Below are positions 1-12,220 of a stretch of 64,000 nucleotides of DNA, one piece after another. The stretch lies in assembly GCA_044229975.1 (NCBI GenBank), contig JBGARZ010000011.1, positions 224,001 through 288,000 of the forward strand, in the 5' to 3' direction. Made by a program: the position numbers and the translations under genes. A model generated the notes under the pieces. The model saw nothing but the letters and a program-made list of their open reading frames with translations, ran no database searches and was not told the origin of the DNA. The number at the start of each line of letters is the position of its first letter. Position 1 is the stretch's first letter. The stretch comes from Polyangiales bacterium. Its GTDB lineage: Bacteria > Myxococcota_A > Polyangia > Polyangiales > Ga0077539.

Positions 1-2013
1 CAACGCCGCCGCGCCCGCTCCCTGGTCGCGCTCCCACGCCCGACGCGCGAGCCGCTCGGCATCCTCCAGCCGCTCCATCTCCACCAGCGCCCGCGCGCCC
101 AGCTCCAGCGGCGCCGCCCAGTCCCCCGTCGCCCACGGCTCCAGCAACCGCCACGCCCCCGGCGCGTCGCGCAGTCGCAGCAGCACGTCCGCCAGCGCCG
201 CCACCGCCGTCACCTGCACCGCGGCATCACCCCGACGCGCCACCAGTGGCTCCAACATCGCTCGCGCCCGCGCCAGCTCGCGGCGGTCGATGAGCGCCAG
301 CGCCCACTGCACCCGCAGCCCCGCATCGTCGTCGACCAGCGCCTCCCACACCGCGTCCTGCGCGCCCGCGTCCGGCCCCGCCGCGCGCCCCAGCGCCCGC
401 AGCGCCGCGACCCGCCCCTCCACCGTCACCGACTCGCCGCGCGCCAACGCCAGCAGCGCCGCCCGATCGCCCCGCAGCGCCGCGCCCCGCACGCTCGCCA
501 CGGCGTCCACGCCGGGCCCCTGCTCGGTGCCTTCGTCCAACAGCGACTGCGCCCGCGGAACGTCCCGCGCCACGTCGAGCATCAATCCCCCCAGCGCGAG
601 CCGATGCGCCGGGCGTTGGTCCATCTGCTCCGCGAGCGAGGCCAGCACCGCGATCACCCCGGGCGTGCCGTCCTGCCCCTCGCGCACCAGCGACCGCAGG
701 CTCCGCACCCGCGCCGCGACCCCCAGCGATCGCAGCCCGCCGACCTCCTGCGCCAGCGCCCCGCGCGCCGCCGCGCCGCCGCTCGTCACCACGTGCTCGC
801 GCGCCCACCGCAGCCACTCGGTGCTCATCGGGTCGTCCGCCGCGCCCAGCGCCGCGAGCACCTCCTGCGCCTGCGCGGGCGTCGCCGCCACCGCCAGCGT
901 CGCCGCCAGCACCCGCGACAGCCCGTCGCCCCAGCGCGACCGCCGCTGCGCCTGCGTCACGCCCGCGTCCGTCCACGCGCCGCCCGATCCGCCCGCCACC
1001 TCCAGCGCCGCGAAGCGCGCAAACGCCGTCGCGCCGGGCGCCGACATCGCGGCCTCTTCGCGCTCCAGCGCCGTCAGCACCCGCGCGAGAATCTCCGGCG
1101 CCGCCCGCCGCGCCGCCGCGATGTCCGCGGGTGACTCCGCCCGCGACTCCGCCCCGTCGCGCAGCCACCGCGCCGTGCGATCGCCGTCGCGCACCAACAC
1201 CTCCAACCCCGGAACATCCCCCCGCAACCACGCGCCCACCGCCGGGTCGTCCGACAGCCCCCCCGCCCGGTACGCCGCTTCGGCCGTGTACGTCATCGCG
1301 CGGCACAGCACCGCCTCGCTCGCCGCATCCGTCGCGCCTGCCGCTCGCGCCAACGCCAGCGCCGCCAGCGCGCGGCCCGCGACCGCATCGCCTACGCCCA
1401 ACGGATCGGGCGTCAGCGCCGCCGTCCACGCCAGCGCGCGACCCACCGCCACCACGTCGGAGACGTTGCGCGCCCCCGCGGTCCAGCGAGCGTCGGCCGC
1501 GCGCGCGGAGCCCCACGGGTCGCGCAGCGTCGCGACGTTGACGGCCCCGACCTGGCCCGACGCGTCGATGTGGAGTCGTTGCGGGAGCTGCTGCGCTCGC
1601 GCGTAGTCCGTCGCCGCGGTGAGCATCGCTTCGAAGGTGACCTCCGTAGGCAGCGTGGCCGCGGGAGCTCCCCCGACCAGCACCGTCCAGCGACCGTCGG
1701 CGAAGCGCACCTCGGGCGCTGGCGCGTTGGGCGCGGCGAGCGAGGCGAGGTGATGCAGCGCGAGGCCGAGGCGCGCGTCGGGCCGCAGCCGCCAGCGAGC
1801 GTCGAAGCGGGCGCGCAGCGCGTCGAGCGAGGCAGGCAGCACCGTGCGCTCCGGCGGAGGAACGTCCCTCGCCATCGGCCGCACCACCCGCGGCGCGATG
1901 GGACCCGGTGAGGTCGGTGTTCGAGACGAGCGACGTAGCATCACCGCCCCGGCGCCCGCTCCCGAGAGAGCGACCACGACGCCGAGGACGATGAGTTGTA
2001 GGCGACGTTCCAT
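1..2013 (-). CDS. Large Ala-rich helical/TPR-like protein with N-terminal membrane anchor (runs off the window's left edge)
   Basis: Manually read frame from ATG at 2013 (MERRLQLIVLGVVVALSGAGAGAVML...) appears open to position 1 with GC3-rich codons; missing from the ORF track because it has no stop in the window. Confidence 0.7.
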   Translation of the reverse strand, partial: MERRLQLIVLGVVVALSGAGAGAVMLRRSSRTPTSPGPIAPRVVRPMARDVPPPERTVLPASLDALRARFDARWRLRPDARLGLALHHLASLAAPNAPAPEVRFADGRWTVLVGGAPAATLPTEVTFEAMLTAATDYARAQQLPQRLHIDASGQVGAVNVATLRDPWGSARAADARWTAGARNVSDVVAVGRALAWTAALTPDPLGVGDAVAGRALAALALARAAGATDAASEAVLCRAMTYTAEAAYRAGGLSDDPAVGAWLRGDVPGLEVLVRDGDRTARWLRDGAESRAESPADIAAARRAAPEILARVLTALEREEAAMSAPGATAFARFAALEVAGGSGGAWTDAGVTQAQRRSRWGDGLSRVLAATLAVAATPAQAQEVLAALGAADDPMSTEWLRWAREHVVTSGGAAARGALAQEVGGLRSLGVAARVRSLRSLVREGQDGTPGVIAVLASLAEQMDQRPAHRLALGGLMLDVARDVPRAQSLLDEGTEQGPGVDAVASVRGAALRGDRAALLALARGESVTVEGRVAALRALGRAAGPDAGAQDAVWEALVDDDAGLRVQWALALIDRRELARARAMLEPLVARRGDAAVQVTAVAALADVLLRLRDAPGAWRLLEPWATGDWAAPLELGARALVEMERLEDAERLARRAWERDQGAGAAAL

Positions 2014-2130
2014 GGCGGCAGTGCGCGGGTGCCACGCGGTAGGGTGCGTGGCCGCTCAGCGCGGAAAGGTTGCCGACCAAGGGGGGGTCGTCGTCAACAG
2101 ATTCGCGACGATGGGGTATAAGCTGCGACG

Positions 2131-3240
2131 ATGACGACGCTCACCCTTGAACAGATCCGCAAGCTGCCGAAGACCGACCTGCACGTTCACCTCGACGGCT
2201 CGCTGCGCCTGACGACCATCCTCGACCTCGCGAAGCAGGACGGCATCGAGCTGCCGGCCAACACCCCCGAAGGCCTCGCCATCGCGATGAACGCCGGGCA
2301 GAACACCGGATCGCTCACCGAGTACCTCAAGGCCTTCGACGTGACGCTGCGGGTGCTGCAGACCGAGGCGTCGCTGATGCGCGCGGCCTACGAGCTGGGC
2401 GAAGACGCCGCGGCCGAGGGCGTGCGGTACATGGAGGTGCGCTACGCCCCGATGCTGCACACGCAGCGCTCGCTCTCGCTGACCAAGGTGGTCGAGGCGG
2501 TCATCAACGGGCTGCGGCGCGCGCAGGACGACTTCGGCATCCACTCCAACGTCATCATCTGCGGCATCCGGCACATCTCGCCCGAGGGGTCGCTGGAGAT
2601 GGCCGAGCTCGCCGTCGCCTATAAAAACCGCGGCGTGGTGGGCTTCGACCTCGCGGGCGCCGAGTACGACCACCCCGCCAAGCACCACCGCGACGCGTTC
2701 CAGTTGATCCGCAACAACAACATCAACTGCACCATCCACGCGGGAGAGGCGTACGGGCCGGAGTCCATCAAGCAGGCCATCCACGTGTGCGGCGCGCACC
2801 GCATCGGGCACGGCTGCCGGCTCCGCGAGGACGGCGACCTCCTGCACTACATCACCGACCACCGTGTGCCGTTGGAGTGCTGCCCGTCGAGCAACGTGCA
2901 GACCGGGGCGGTGCGCGACCTGCGTTCGCACCCGCTGAAGTTCTATCAAGACCTCGGCGTGCGGGTGACGGTCAACACCGACAACCGGCTCATCACCGAC
3001 ACCACCGTGAGCAAGGAATTGTTCATCGTGCACACGGAGATGGACGTCGCGTGGCCGAGCCTGAAGAGCATCATCCTCAACGGGTTCAAGAGCGGGTTTC
3101 TCCCCTTCCACGAGCGGCGCGCGATGCTCCGAACGGTCTCCCACGAGCTGGAGCAGCTCGAGCGCGAGTTCCATCTGGTGCCCGGCGACGCTCCGCGCCG
3201 CGACGAGGGCTCGCAGCCCTCCCCCAACACCCTGTCGTAA
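2131..3240 (+). CDS. add: Adenosine deaminase
   Basis: PKTDLHVHLDGS, TIHAGEAYG, RIGHG, CPSSN and VNTDN motifs. Confidence 0.93.
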   Translation: MTTLTLEQIRKLPKTDLHVHLDGSLRLTTILDLAKQDGIELPANTPEGLAIAMNAGQNTGSLTEYLKAFDVTLRVLQTEASLMRAAYELGEDAAAEGVRYMEVRYAPMLHTQRSLSLTKVVEAVINGLRRAQDDFGIHSNVIICGIRHISPEGSLEMAELAVAYKNRGVVGFDLAGAEYDHPAKHHRDAFQLIRNNNINCTIHAGEAYGPESIKQAIHVCGAHRIGHGCRLREDGDLLHYITDHRVPLECCPSSNVQTGAVRDLRSHPLKFYQDLGVRVTVNTDNRLITDTTVSKELFIVHTEMDVAWPSLKSIILNGFKSGFLPFHERRAMLRTVSHELEQLEREFHLVPGDAPRRDEGSQPSPNTLS

Positions 3241-4472
3241 TGAGCACCACGGACCACGACGAGTCGCTCCAGGCGACCATCGCGGGGCCTTCGCAGGGGG
3301 CGGCGGGTCGCGCGCCCGCGCCCGTCTCCTCGCTGCCGAAGGCGTCAGGGGGATCGAGCACGGGCAGCCGGGCGGGGGCGGTGCTGCCGCGGAGCGTTCC
3401 GACCGACGAGGGCATCCAGCTCGTGGAGCACGCGCGGCCGCGCTACGAGTCGCTGAAGCGCTTGGGCGAAGGGGCCTTTGGCGAGGTCGAGCTCTGCGTC
3501 GACAACGACATCGAGCGACGCGTCGCGCTCAAGCGGCTGAAGCCCGAGATGCGCGACCCCGACACCGTCTCCCGCTTCACCAGCGAGATCCAGACGATCG
3601 GCCAGCTCGAACATCCGGGCATCGTCCCGGTGCACGACGTGGGGCTCGACGAGCGCGGGTTCTTCTTCGTGATGAAGTTCGTCGAGGGCGACAACCTCGA
3701 ACACGTCATCGATCGCCTCCGCGCGAAGGACCCCGACTACCGCTCGCGCTTCAGCGTCGAGATGCGCGTGGAGATGTTTCAGCAGCTCTGCCGGGCGGTG
3801 CAGTTCGCGCACCACAAGGGCTGGGTTCACCGCGACATCAAGCCGGCCAACGTGATGGTCGGGCCCCTCGGCGAGGTGATGCTGATGGACTGGGGCCTCG
3901 CCAAGAAGGTGGGCCCCGGCGGCAAGCGCGAGGTCGGCGCGACGACCCCGAGCGGCGACGGCTTCGGCACGATGCTGGGTCACGCCATCGGAACGCCCGC
4001 GTACATGTCCCCGGAGCAGGCGCGCGGCGAGCACGACAAGACCGACGCGCGGAGCGACGTGTACTCGCTGTGCGCGGTCTTCTACGAGCTGCTGGGGTTG
4101 CGGCACTACCTGCGACCAAAGGCGACCCTGGAGGAGCTACTGGAGTCGGTGAAGACCGAGCAGCCGATGGGCGCGCTGGCGATGCACCACAAGCTGAAGA
4201 TCCCGCCGGAGTACGCGTGGATCATCGCGCGCGGCCTCGACAAGGACCCGGCGCGGAGGTTTCAGTCCGTCGCCGAGCTCTCCCAGCGCCTGCAAGCGGC
4301 GATGGAGGGACGCGGCCCGGTGCAGTGCCCGTGCACGGGAATGAAGCGGGTGGGCGGGTCGTGGTCGCGCTTCATCGACGCGCAGCCCAACCTGGCGATC
4401 GCGGCGGCGGTGCTGCTCACGAGCGCGGCGGTGTTCGGCGTGGTGTCGGCGGTGCTGCTGGTGGTGCGCTGA
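3240..4472 (+). CDS. Serine/threonine protein kinase with C-terminal TM helix
   Basis: LGEGAFGEV, VALK, HRDIKPAN, DWGLAK, GTPAYMSPEQ; ATG overlaps the add stop (TAATG). Confidence 0.92.
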   Translation: MSTTDHDESLQATIAGPSQGAAGRAPAPVSSLPKASGGSSTGSRAGAVLPRSVPTDEGIQLVEHARPRYESLKRLGEGAFGEVELCVDNDIERRVALKRLKPEMRDPDTVSRFTSEIQTIGQLEHPGIVPVHDVGLDERGFFFVMKFVEGDNLEHVIDRLRAKDPDYRSRFSVEMRVEMFQQLCRAVQFAHHKGWVHRDIKPANVMVGPLGEVMLMDWGLAKKVGPGGKREVGATTPSGDGFGTMLGHAIGTPAYMSPEQARGEHDKTDARSDVYSLCAVFYELLGLRHYLRPKATLEELLESVKTEQPMGALAMHHKLKIPPEYAWIIARGLDKDPARRFQSVAELSQRLQAAMEGRGPVQCPCTGMKRVGGSWSRFIDAQPNLAIAAAVLLTSAAVFGVVSAVLLVVR

Positions 4473-4515
4473 CAGGGTCATTGACGCCCCTGCGGGCGCC
4501 CGGCAGGGTGGAGTG

Positions 4516-5520
4516 ATGAGCCCCCAACCGACCACCACACCGCTCGCACCGCCACGCCCGCGAGCACCTCGCCAGGAGGTGTGGGACGCGATGAGCGCGG
4601 CCGAGCGCGCGGCGGTGGTCAAGGCGCTGTCGGTGGGCATCCCGGCGATCGAGGTGGCCTCCGAGGGGGACGTGCACTTCGAGTCGAAGGCCGACACCCG
4701 CGCGACGCTGCGGAAGTACTTCGAGCGCGCGGGGCGCAAGGTCTACGTGGGCGCCGAGGTCGGGGTGTACTACCCCGACGAGGAGCGCTTCGTTCCAGAC
4801 CTGTTGGCGGTGGCCGACGTGGAGACCCACCGACGGAGCTCGTGGGTGGTGTCCGCCGAGGGCAGGGGCGTCGGTTGGGTGATGGAGATCCTGGTGGAGG
4901 GCGTCCGACGCAAGGACGTCGTCACCAACGTGCGTCGCTACGCCGCGCTCGGCGTCGAGGAGTATTTCGTCTTCGATCACGCGTACAAGATCATCCGCGG
5001 GTGGCGCCAGGCGTCGCCGGGGGTGCGAACGTTCGTCCCCGTGGTGGCGCAAGGCGGGTGGATGCACTCGCAGGTGCTGGGGCTGGAGATCGCGGCGCTC
5101 GACGGGCGGGTGCGATTGCGCCAGGGCACCGCGGAGCTACGCACCGCCGACGAGATCATCCAGTGGCTCGAAGACCGGGCCGACGAGATGCTCGAAGAGG
5201 CCGACCAGCAGCTCGCGGCGGCGGAGGAGACAGCGCAGGCGGAGACCCGGCGACGCGTCGAGGCCGAAGTGAGGGCCGTGACCGCCGAAGCGAAGGCCGT
5301 GACCGCCGAAGCGAAGGCCGTGACCGCCGAAGCGAGGGGCGCAGTCGGGGCGACGAGGGGCGCGCTGCTCACGGTGCTCGACGCGCGGGGATTGGTGATC
5401 GACGACGCGGCGCGCCAGCGCATCGCGACCTGCGAAGACCCACATCGGTTGCATCGGTGGATGCGGCGCGCGGTGAGCGTGGGTGACGTCGCCGCGCTCT
5501 TCGACGACGCGGAGGAGTGA
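4516..5520 (+). CDS. Uma2 (DUF820) family PD-(D/E)xK endonuclease-like protein with coiled-coil repeat and Rpn-like C-terminal tail
   Basis: EGDVH, VPDLL, VMEIL, YAALGVEEYFVFD motifs; tail LLTVLDARGL...RIATCED...RWMRRA. Confidence 0.8.
   Translation: MSPQPTTTPLAPPRPRAPRQEVWDAMSAAERAAVVKALSVGIPAIEVASEGDVHFESKADTRATLRKYFERAGRKVYVGAEVGVYYPDEERFVPDLLAVADVETHRRSSWVVSAEGRGVGWVMEILVEGVRRKDVVTNVRRYAALGVEEYFVFDHAYKIIRGWRQASPGVRTFVPVVAQGGWMHSQVLGLEIAALDGRVRLRQGTAELRTADEIIQWLEDRADEMLEEADQQLAAAEETAQAETRRRVEAEVRAVTAEAKAVTAEAKAVTAEARGAVGATRGALLTVLDARGLVIDDAARQRIATCEDPHRLHRWMRRAVSVGDVAALFDDAEE
5263..5337 (+). repeat. 21-bp in-frame tandem repeat, about 3.5 copies (AEAKAVT)
   Basis: gccgaagcgaaggccgtgacc repeated inside the Uma2 CDS. 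Confidence 0.9.
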
Positions 5521-5545
5521 CGTCGGGGCGAGCGGCTACGCCGGG

Positions 5546-6556
5546 CTACGGGGAGGTGTCGACGAACAGCGCGCCCATCAGCTCGTCGGGCGGCATCACG
5601 GCGGGGCCCGCGGCGGTGCTCGTCGCTGGCAGCGGGCGCAGCACACCGTCGCACCACCAGTAGAGGTCCGACGAGAAGCGCTGGTCGGCGAACAACGGAT
5701 CAGACGCCACGCCGTCGAGCAGCGTGAGCGCGGTGGAGACCGCGCGGGTGAGGCGCTCCATCGCGGCGGCGTCGGCGCCGTTGCGCAGCGGGATGGCGAA
5801 GATCATCGAGCGCGCGGGCAGGCCGACGATGGCGCCCGCGGGGTACCGCCGCCCGAGGTGGTTGCCGAGGAAGTGCACCTGCGACGTGACGGTGTGGTTG
5901 CCGCCAGAGACGATGACGCCGGGGAGCGCGTGCGAGGGGAAGGTCTCGCGGCGCACGCGCTGGCGCTCGACGTTGGCGAGGCCCACGCGGAAGAGCTCGT
6001 CCTCCGAGCGCCCCCAGCGCGCCGGCAGGTCGGATGGGAGTGATGCGATGGCGTGGCCGAGGTCGACCGCGAGGGCGGTGACGAGACCGTCGCAGAGCGG
6101 GCGCGCGACGACGCGGTCGCGAGCGTCGCCGATCACGTCGGCGCGGTACACGTGCGCGATGAGCCGCGGCGCGACATCGGCGTAGGCCACCTCGCCGAGG
6201 AGGCCCGACCCAGGCGTCATGATCGGCCCGAGGGCGGCGTCGAAGTGGGCGCGGGCGAGGTCATGGTGAAGGTCGACGTCGACGCCGCGGCAGCGCGCCG
6301 CGAGGTTGACCAGCCCGAGCTGGGCACGGCGGCCGTCGGGGAAGGTCGCGCTGAAGTAGTCGCCCTGGAAGCGCGCGAGGAGGCCGCGGGCGCGGAGGTC
6401 GCGCTCGACGGCGCCGAGCAGTGAGCGCCACTGCGCGAGCGAGAGGTACGACGCCCACGCGGGGACGGAGGTGACGCACTCGACGCGGAGACCGGCGATG
6501 TGTGGCTGGCAGGAGTCGTGGACGCGAGCGGCGGACTGGCGACGAGGCATGCGCAT
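5546..6556 (-). CDS. Hypothetical protein (true start may be downstream)
   Basis: 336-aa ORF with protein-like composition (GLVNLA, ALAVDL, FSSDLYWW). Confidence 0.65.
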   Translation of the reverse strand: MRMPRRQSAARVHDSCQPHIAGLRVECVTSVPAWASYLSLAQWRSLLGAVERDLRARGLLARFQGDYFSATFPDGRRAQLGLVNLAARCRGVDVDLHHDLARAHFDAALGPIMTPGSGLLGEVAYADVAPRLIAHVYRADVIGDARDRVVARPLCDGLVTALAVDLGHAIASLPSDLPARWGRSEDELFRVGLANVERQRVRRETFPSHALPGVIVSGGNHTVTSQVHFLGNHLGRRYPAGAIVGLPARSMIFAIPLRNGADAAAMERLTRAVSTALTLLDGVASDPLFADQRFSSDLYWWCDGVLRPLPATSTAAGPAVMPPDELMGALFVDTSP

Positions 6557-6678
6557 GGTGGAACCCTTCCCGGTGGTGGCGAGGAGCGTCTCGCGGAGGA
6601 AGGCGTGAGCAATCGCGGCGCCAACGGCGGACGACGCGCGACTGGCTTGTTTTCATGTCATTTCAGCGGGTGCCCGGA

Positions 6679-6723
6679 GGTGGCGGCGGGTGGCGGCGGG
6701 GTGGCGGCGGGGGTGGCGGCGGG
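6679..6723 (+). repeat. G-rich tandem repeat (TGGCGGC-G3-5)x4 matching a canonical G-quadruplex pattern
   Basis: GGG TGGCGGC GGGG TGGCGGC GGGGG TGGCGGC GGG at 6688-6723 in a divergent intergenic region. Confidence 0.7.
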
Positions 6724-6801
6724 CCTGTCACGCGAGCCGCGATCATCCTCCTCCTCTCCCAAAACGCCGCTCCGCCACCGCTGGTGTATACGATTCGCAC
6801 C

Positions 6802-8826
6802 ATGCGCCGCCTGCTCCTCCCGCTCTGCGCGCTCGCCCTCGCCGCGTGCTCTTCGTCCGCCACCACGCCCGCCACCGACGCCGCGACCGCCACCGACATC
6901 CCCGCGGCCATCGACACGCCTGTCGTCGCGACCGACGTCCCGGTCGACGCCGGTGAGCCGCCGCCTCCGATGGCCTGTCGCTCGGGCGCCGGATGGGACC
7001 GCACGATGCCCGCCTTCCGCGAGGTCACCGCCGCGTACGGGCTCGCCGAGCTCACGGCCAAGCGCATGGCCACCGCCGACCTCGACGGCGACGGCTACGC
7101 CGACCTCGTCGCCTGGAACGACGTCGTCAACACCCGCACCAACTTCACGCTCCCGGTCACCGGGTGGCTCGTTCGTGTGCTCATGAACCGACCACGCGCC
7201 GACGGCGCCACGGGTCGCCGCTTCGTCGACAACACCCGCGAGTCCAACTTCCTCGCGCTGCGTGAAGGCCCCGCCGACCGCGGCCGCCTCGTCACGGCCG
7301 TCGCCTTCGCCGACGTCGACAACGACGGCGACATCGACGCGTACACCGGCGCCATCCCCACCGCCTCACCCGCCGCGGGTCAGGACGCCGACCCCGGCGA
7401 CCGCGGGACCATCCTCCTCAACGACGGCCACGGCGTCTTCTCGCTTGGCCCCGTGAGCGACGCCACGCCCGGCGCAGACACCTCCCCGCAGACCATCGGC
7501 GCCGTCTTCAACGACCAGAACCTCGACGGCCACATCGACCTCCTCGTCGGCTACCACAGCGCGACCTTCGGCCTCCCCATCGGCCAGCAATCACAGATGT
7601 TTCGCGGCGCGGGCGACGGGACCTTCTCCGAGGTCACCGACGACGTCGGCATGACGCTGGAGTCGTCCAACCAGTCGCTCCTCGACGTGACCAACAACCG
7701 CCCGCTCTACGGCATCTCCGCCTGCGACGTGAACAACGACGGCCGCCTCGACATCATCGGCGCGGCCTACGGTCGACAGTTCAATCTGTTGATGACCAGC
7801 GACGGTGACACCTTCCGTGACGAGTCCGTCGCGAGCGGGGTGGGCGGCGACGACAACCGCGACTTCAGCGACAACCAGACCTACCGCTGCTACTGCGCCG
7901 CGGTCGCCGGTCGCTGCCCCGCCACCGTCCCCGCCGTGGGCCGCGGGTACACCTGCCCGGTTCGCGGCGACTGGCGACCCACCGTCGATCAGCAGCCCTG
8001 GCGCCTCAACGGCAACACCTTCTCCATCGCCTGCGGCGACATCGACAACGACGGCGACATCGACCTCTACACCGGCGAAATCGCCCACCCCGACGTCGGC
8101 GCCAACAGCGACCGCGCCGAGCTGCTCGTCAACGACACTGCGCCGGGCGGGCCGACGCACTTCAACCGCCCGGGTCGCATGGCGACGGGGCTCGTCATCC
8201 CCGGAACGGGCGACGAGGGCGTGCTCAGCAACGCGATGTTCGACTTCGACAACGACGGCCGGCTCGACATCTGGGCGGGCGGCAGCGACTACCCGAGCCA
8301 GTTCGGGTGGCTCTACGCGCAGAGCGCCGACGGGACCTTCACCGAGGTCTCGCGCCTCGCGCAGATCCGTCACGCGTGCCCGCTCGGCGTGGCCTGGGCG
8401 GACTTCGACCACGACGGCGACGTCGACATGGTGGTGGGCTCCTCGACCGCGCGCACCTGCTCGGCAGCCTGGATGGGCCGCTCGGCCGTCCGCGTCTACG
8501 AGAACATCGCCAGCGAGGCCAACTGGACCACCGTCCGACTCATCGGCGCGGGCAACGGCGGCGCCAACCGCGCGGCCCTCGGGGCGCGGGTGCGCGTCAC
8601 CGCCGGCGGCGTCACGCAGACCCGCGAGGTGGTCAACACCTGGGGCCTCGCGGGCTTGTCCGCCGAGCTCCCGGTGCACTTCGGTCTCGGCGCCAACTGC
8701 GCCATCGATCGCATCGAGGTGCGCTGGCCCGACGCCACCAACACCGTCGAGACCTTCACCGACGTGCGCGCCAACTACGCGCTGGAGATCACCCAGGGGT
8801 CCGGCCGCGTCCACTACGTCCGCTGA
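6802..8826 (+). CDS. CRTAC1-family FG-GAP/VCBS repeat lipoprotein with C-terminal ASPIC/UnbV domain
   Basis: Lipobox LALAAC; multiple D-x-D-N-D-G-D-x-D repeats; NRAALGARVRV...HFGLG...IEVRWP. Confidence 0.88.
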   Translation: MRRLLLPLCALALAACSSSATTPATDAATATDIPAAIDTPVVATDVPVDAGEPPPPMACRSGAGWDRTMPAFREVTAAYGLAELTAKRMATADLDGDGYADLVAWNDVVNTRTNFTLPVTGWLVRVLMNRPRADGATGRRFVDNTRESNFLALREGPADRGRLVTAVAFADVDNDGDIDAYTGAIPTASPAAGQDADPGDRGTILLNDGHGVFSLGPVSDATPGADTSPQTIGAVFNDQNLDGHIDLLVGYHSATFGLPIGQQSQMFRGAGDGTFSEVTDDVGMTLESSNQSLLDVTNNRPLYGISACDVNNDGRLDIIGAAYGRQFNLLMTSDGDTFRDESVASGVGGDDNRDFSDNQTYRCYCAAVAGRCPATVPAVGRGYTCPVRGDWRPTVDQQPWRLNGNTFSIACGDIDNDGDIDLYTGEIAHPDVGANSDRAELLVNDTAPGGPTHFNRPGRMATGLVIPGTGDEGVLSNAMFDFDNDGRLDIWAGGSDYPSQFGWLYAQSADGTFTEVSRLAQIRHACPLGVAWADFDHDGDVDMVVGSSTARTCSAAWMGRSAVRVYENIASEANWTTVRLIGAGNGGANRAALGARVRVTAGGVTQTREVVNTWGLAGLSAELPVHFGLGANCAIDRIEVRWPDATNTVETFTDVRANYALEITQGSGRVHYVR

Positions 8827-8849
8827 CCTTCGCAGCCTTTCCGTGGCCT

Positions 8850-9290
8850 TCAGGCCGCGGAAGAGGGTCGCCGAAACACCCGCTCATCCAGCGAGTACCG
8901 CCCCGGCCCCGTCAGCATCAGCAGCGCCGCCGTCACCAGATATCCCAGCGCGGGCTCATACGACCCGCCGCGCCCCACGAAGGGATCTCCCTTCGACACA
9001 TGCTTGAACACCGCCACCACCATCGTGCACGCGATGCCGAAGGCCGCGATCGGCGTGAGCAACCCCACGATCAGCCCAAGCCCTCCGCCAAACTCCGACA
9101 CCGCCGCGAGCGCTTGAAACACCCCCGGCGGCGCGTCCGGCGAACGGTCCATCCAATGAAAGGGGTCCTGGATCTTCTTCAGCCCGTGGGCCATCAGCGC
9201 GGCCCCCGCGTACACCCGGATCAGCAGCAGCCCCACCGAGGCCCGCGCGCCCGGCGCCTCGGGCCACACCGTCTTCTTCCAGTCGCTCAT
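8850..9290 (-). CDS. DoxX family membrane protein
   Basis: GLLLIRV...HGLKK...EFGGGLGLIVGLLTPIAA...GPGRYSLD. Confidence 0.88.
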   Translation of the reverse strand: MSDWKKTVWPEAPGARASVGLLLIRVYAGAALMAHGLKKIQDPFHWMDRSPDAPPGVFQALAAVSEFGGGLGLIVGLLTPIAAFGIACTMVVAVFKHVSKGDPFVGRGGSYEPALGYLVTAALLMLTGPGRYSLDERVFRRPSSAA

Positions 9291-10365
9291 CGCGAAGCAA
9301 CCCGCTTCGTCGCGACCTTCTTCCTCCCCTGCGGCTCCGCGTCGTGCGCCGCCCACCACGTCGAGATGGTCGGCCACAGCGTCGTCAGCGCCTTGCGCGA
9401 GATCACCGCCCCCACGTGCCCGCCCGGCAGATGAACGCGCTCCTTGTCCGTCGAGCCGATGCGATCCATCAGCGGCGCGGCGCTCTCCTCGGGGACGATG
9501 TTGTCGTGCGCGAAGGTCACCGCCAGCGTCGGGCACTTGATGTCTCCCAACAACACACGCCGACCCGACAGCGTAAAGGTCTCCTTCATCAGACCATCGG
9601 CCCGATAGAGCCCTTCGATGTAGCGACGGTACGCCTCGCCCGGAAACGACACGTTGTCGTTGCCCCACGTCTCCAGCGCGAAGAACCCGTCGAGAAACTC
9701 GTCGTCCCACGCCCGGTCGAGCACGTGCGCCGCCTTCGACAGCGGCAGCGTCGGCCGCAGCATCTGAAACGCGCCCTGCATCAACTGCCAAGGGACGTTG
9801 CCCGTCGCGTCGATCATCGCGCCCAGGTCGAAGGTCGACGAGCGCGTCCACAGCGAGAGCAAGCCCTCGTCGTGAAAGGCCACCGGCGCCGCGAGCACCG
9901 TGAGCGAGGCGATCTTCTCGGGACGCACCGCCGCGTGGATGACGGCGAGCGTTCCGCCGAGGCAGTAGCCGAGCACATGCGCCTTGCCGCGCGAGCCATG
10001 CTGCGCCGCAACACGAACGGCCCGCCCGAGGTACCCATCGGTGATCGCGTCGAAGGTGAGGTGCCGGTCTTCGGGACCGGGTGTTCCCCAGTCGACGATG
10101 AACACGTCGTGACCGCGCGCGACGAGCGTCTCGGCGACGCTCTTGCCCGCTTGCAGGTCGAGCACGTAGTGCCGGTTGATGAGCGACGGGACCAGCAGCA
10201 CCGGCGTCGCGTACGCCACCCCCTCGGGCCGCGGTCGGTAGCGCAGCAGCGACCACTTGTTTTCGCGGTGCACCACGTCGGCGGGCGTGACGCCCACCGC
10301 GGGCTTCTTGCGCGCGACCATCCCGAGCAGGTTGCGCCAGCGGCGGGTCTCCTTGCCCGCGTCGC

Positions 10366-10369
<4 letters not shown>
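9287..10369 (-). CDS. phaC: Class III-type poly(hydroxyalkanoate) synthase subunit PhaC
   Basis: [28 protein letters not shown], lipase box GYCLGG (catalytic Cys), HDNIVP, GGHVG; PHA gene context. Confidence 0.85.
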
Positions 10370-12072
<1,703 letters not shown>

Positions 12073-12096
12073 CGTCTGTCGGTGCTCCTGCGAGGC

Positions 12097-12215
12097 GGGG
12101 ACGGTTTCAGCTTTTCACCTTTGGCGCACAGGAGGCTGGGGACGGTTTCAGCTTTTCACCTCTGGCGCATTGCCTCCGGAGAGTGTGCACAAGGTGAAAA
12201 GCTGAAACCGTCCCC
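12097..12215. repeat. REP-like cluster: two direct copies and one inverted copy of ggggacggtttcagcttttcacct
   Basis: Copies at about 12097-12120 and 12138-12161; reverse complement aggtgaaaagctgaaaccgtcccc at 12192-12215. Confidence 0.85.
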
Positions 12216-12220
12216 ACCCG

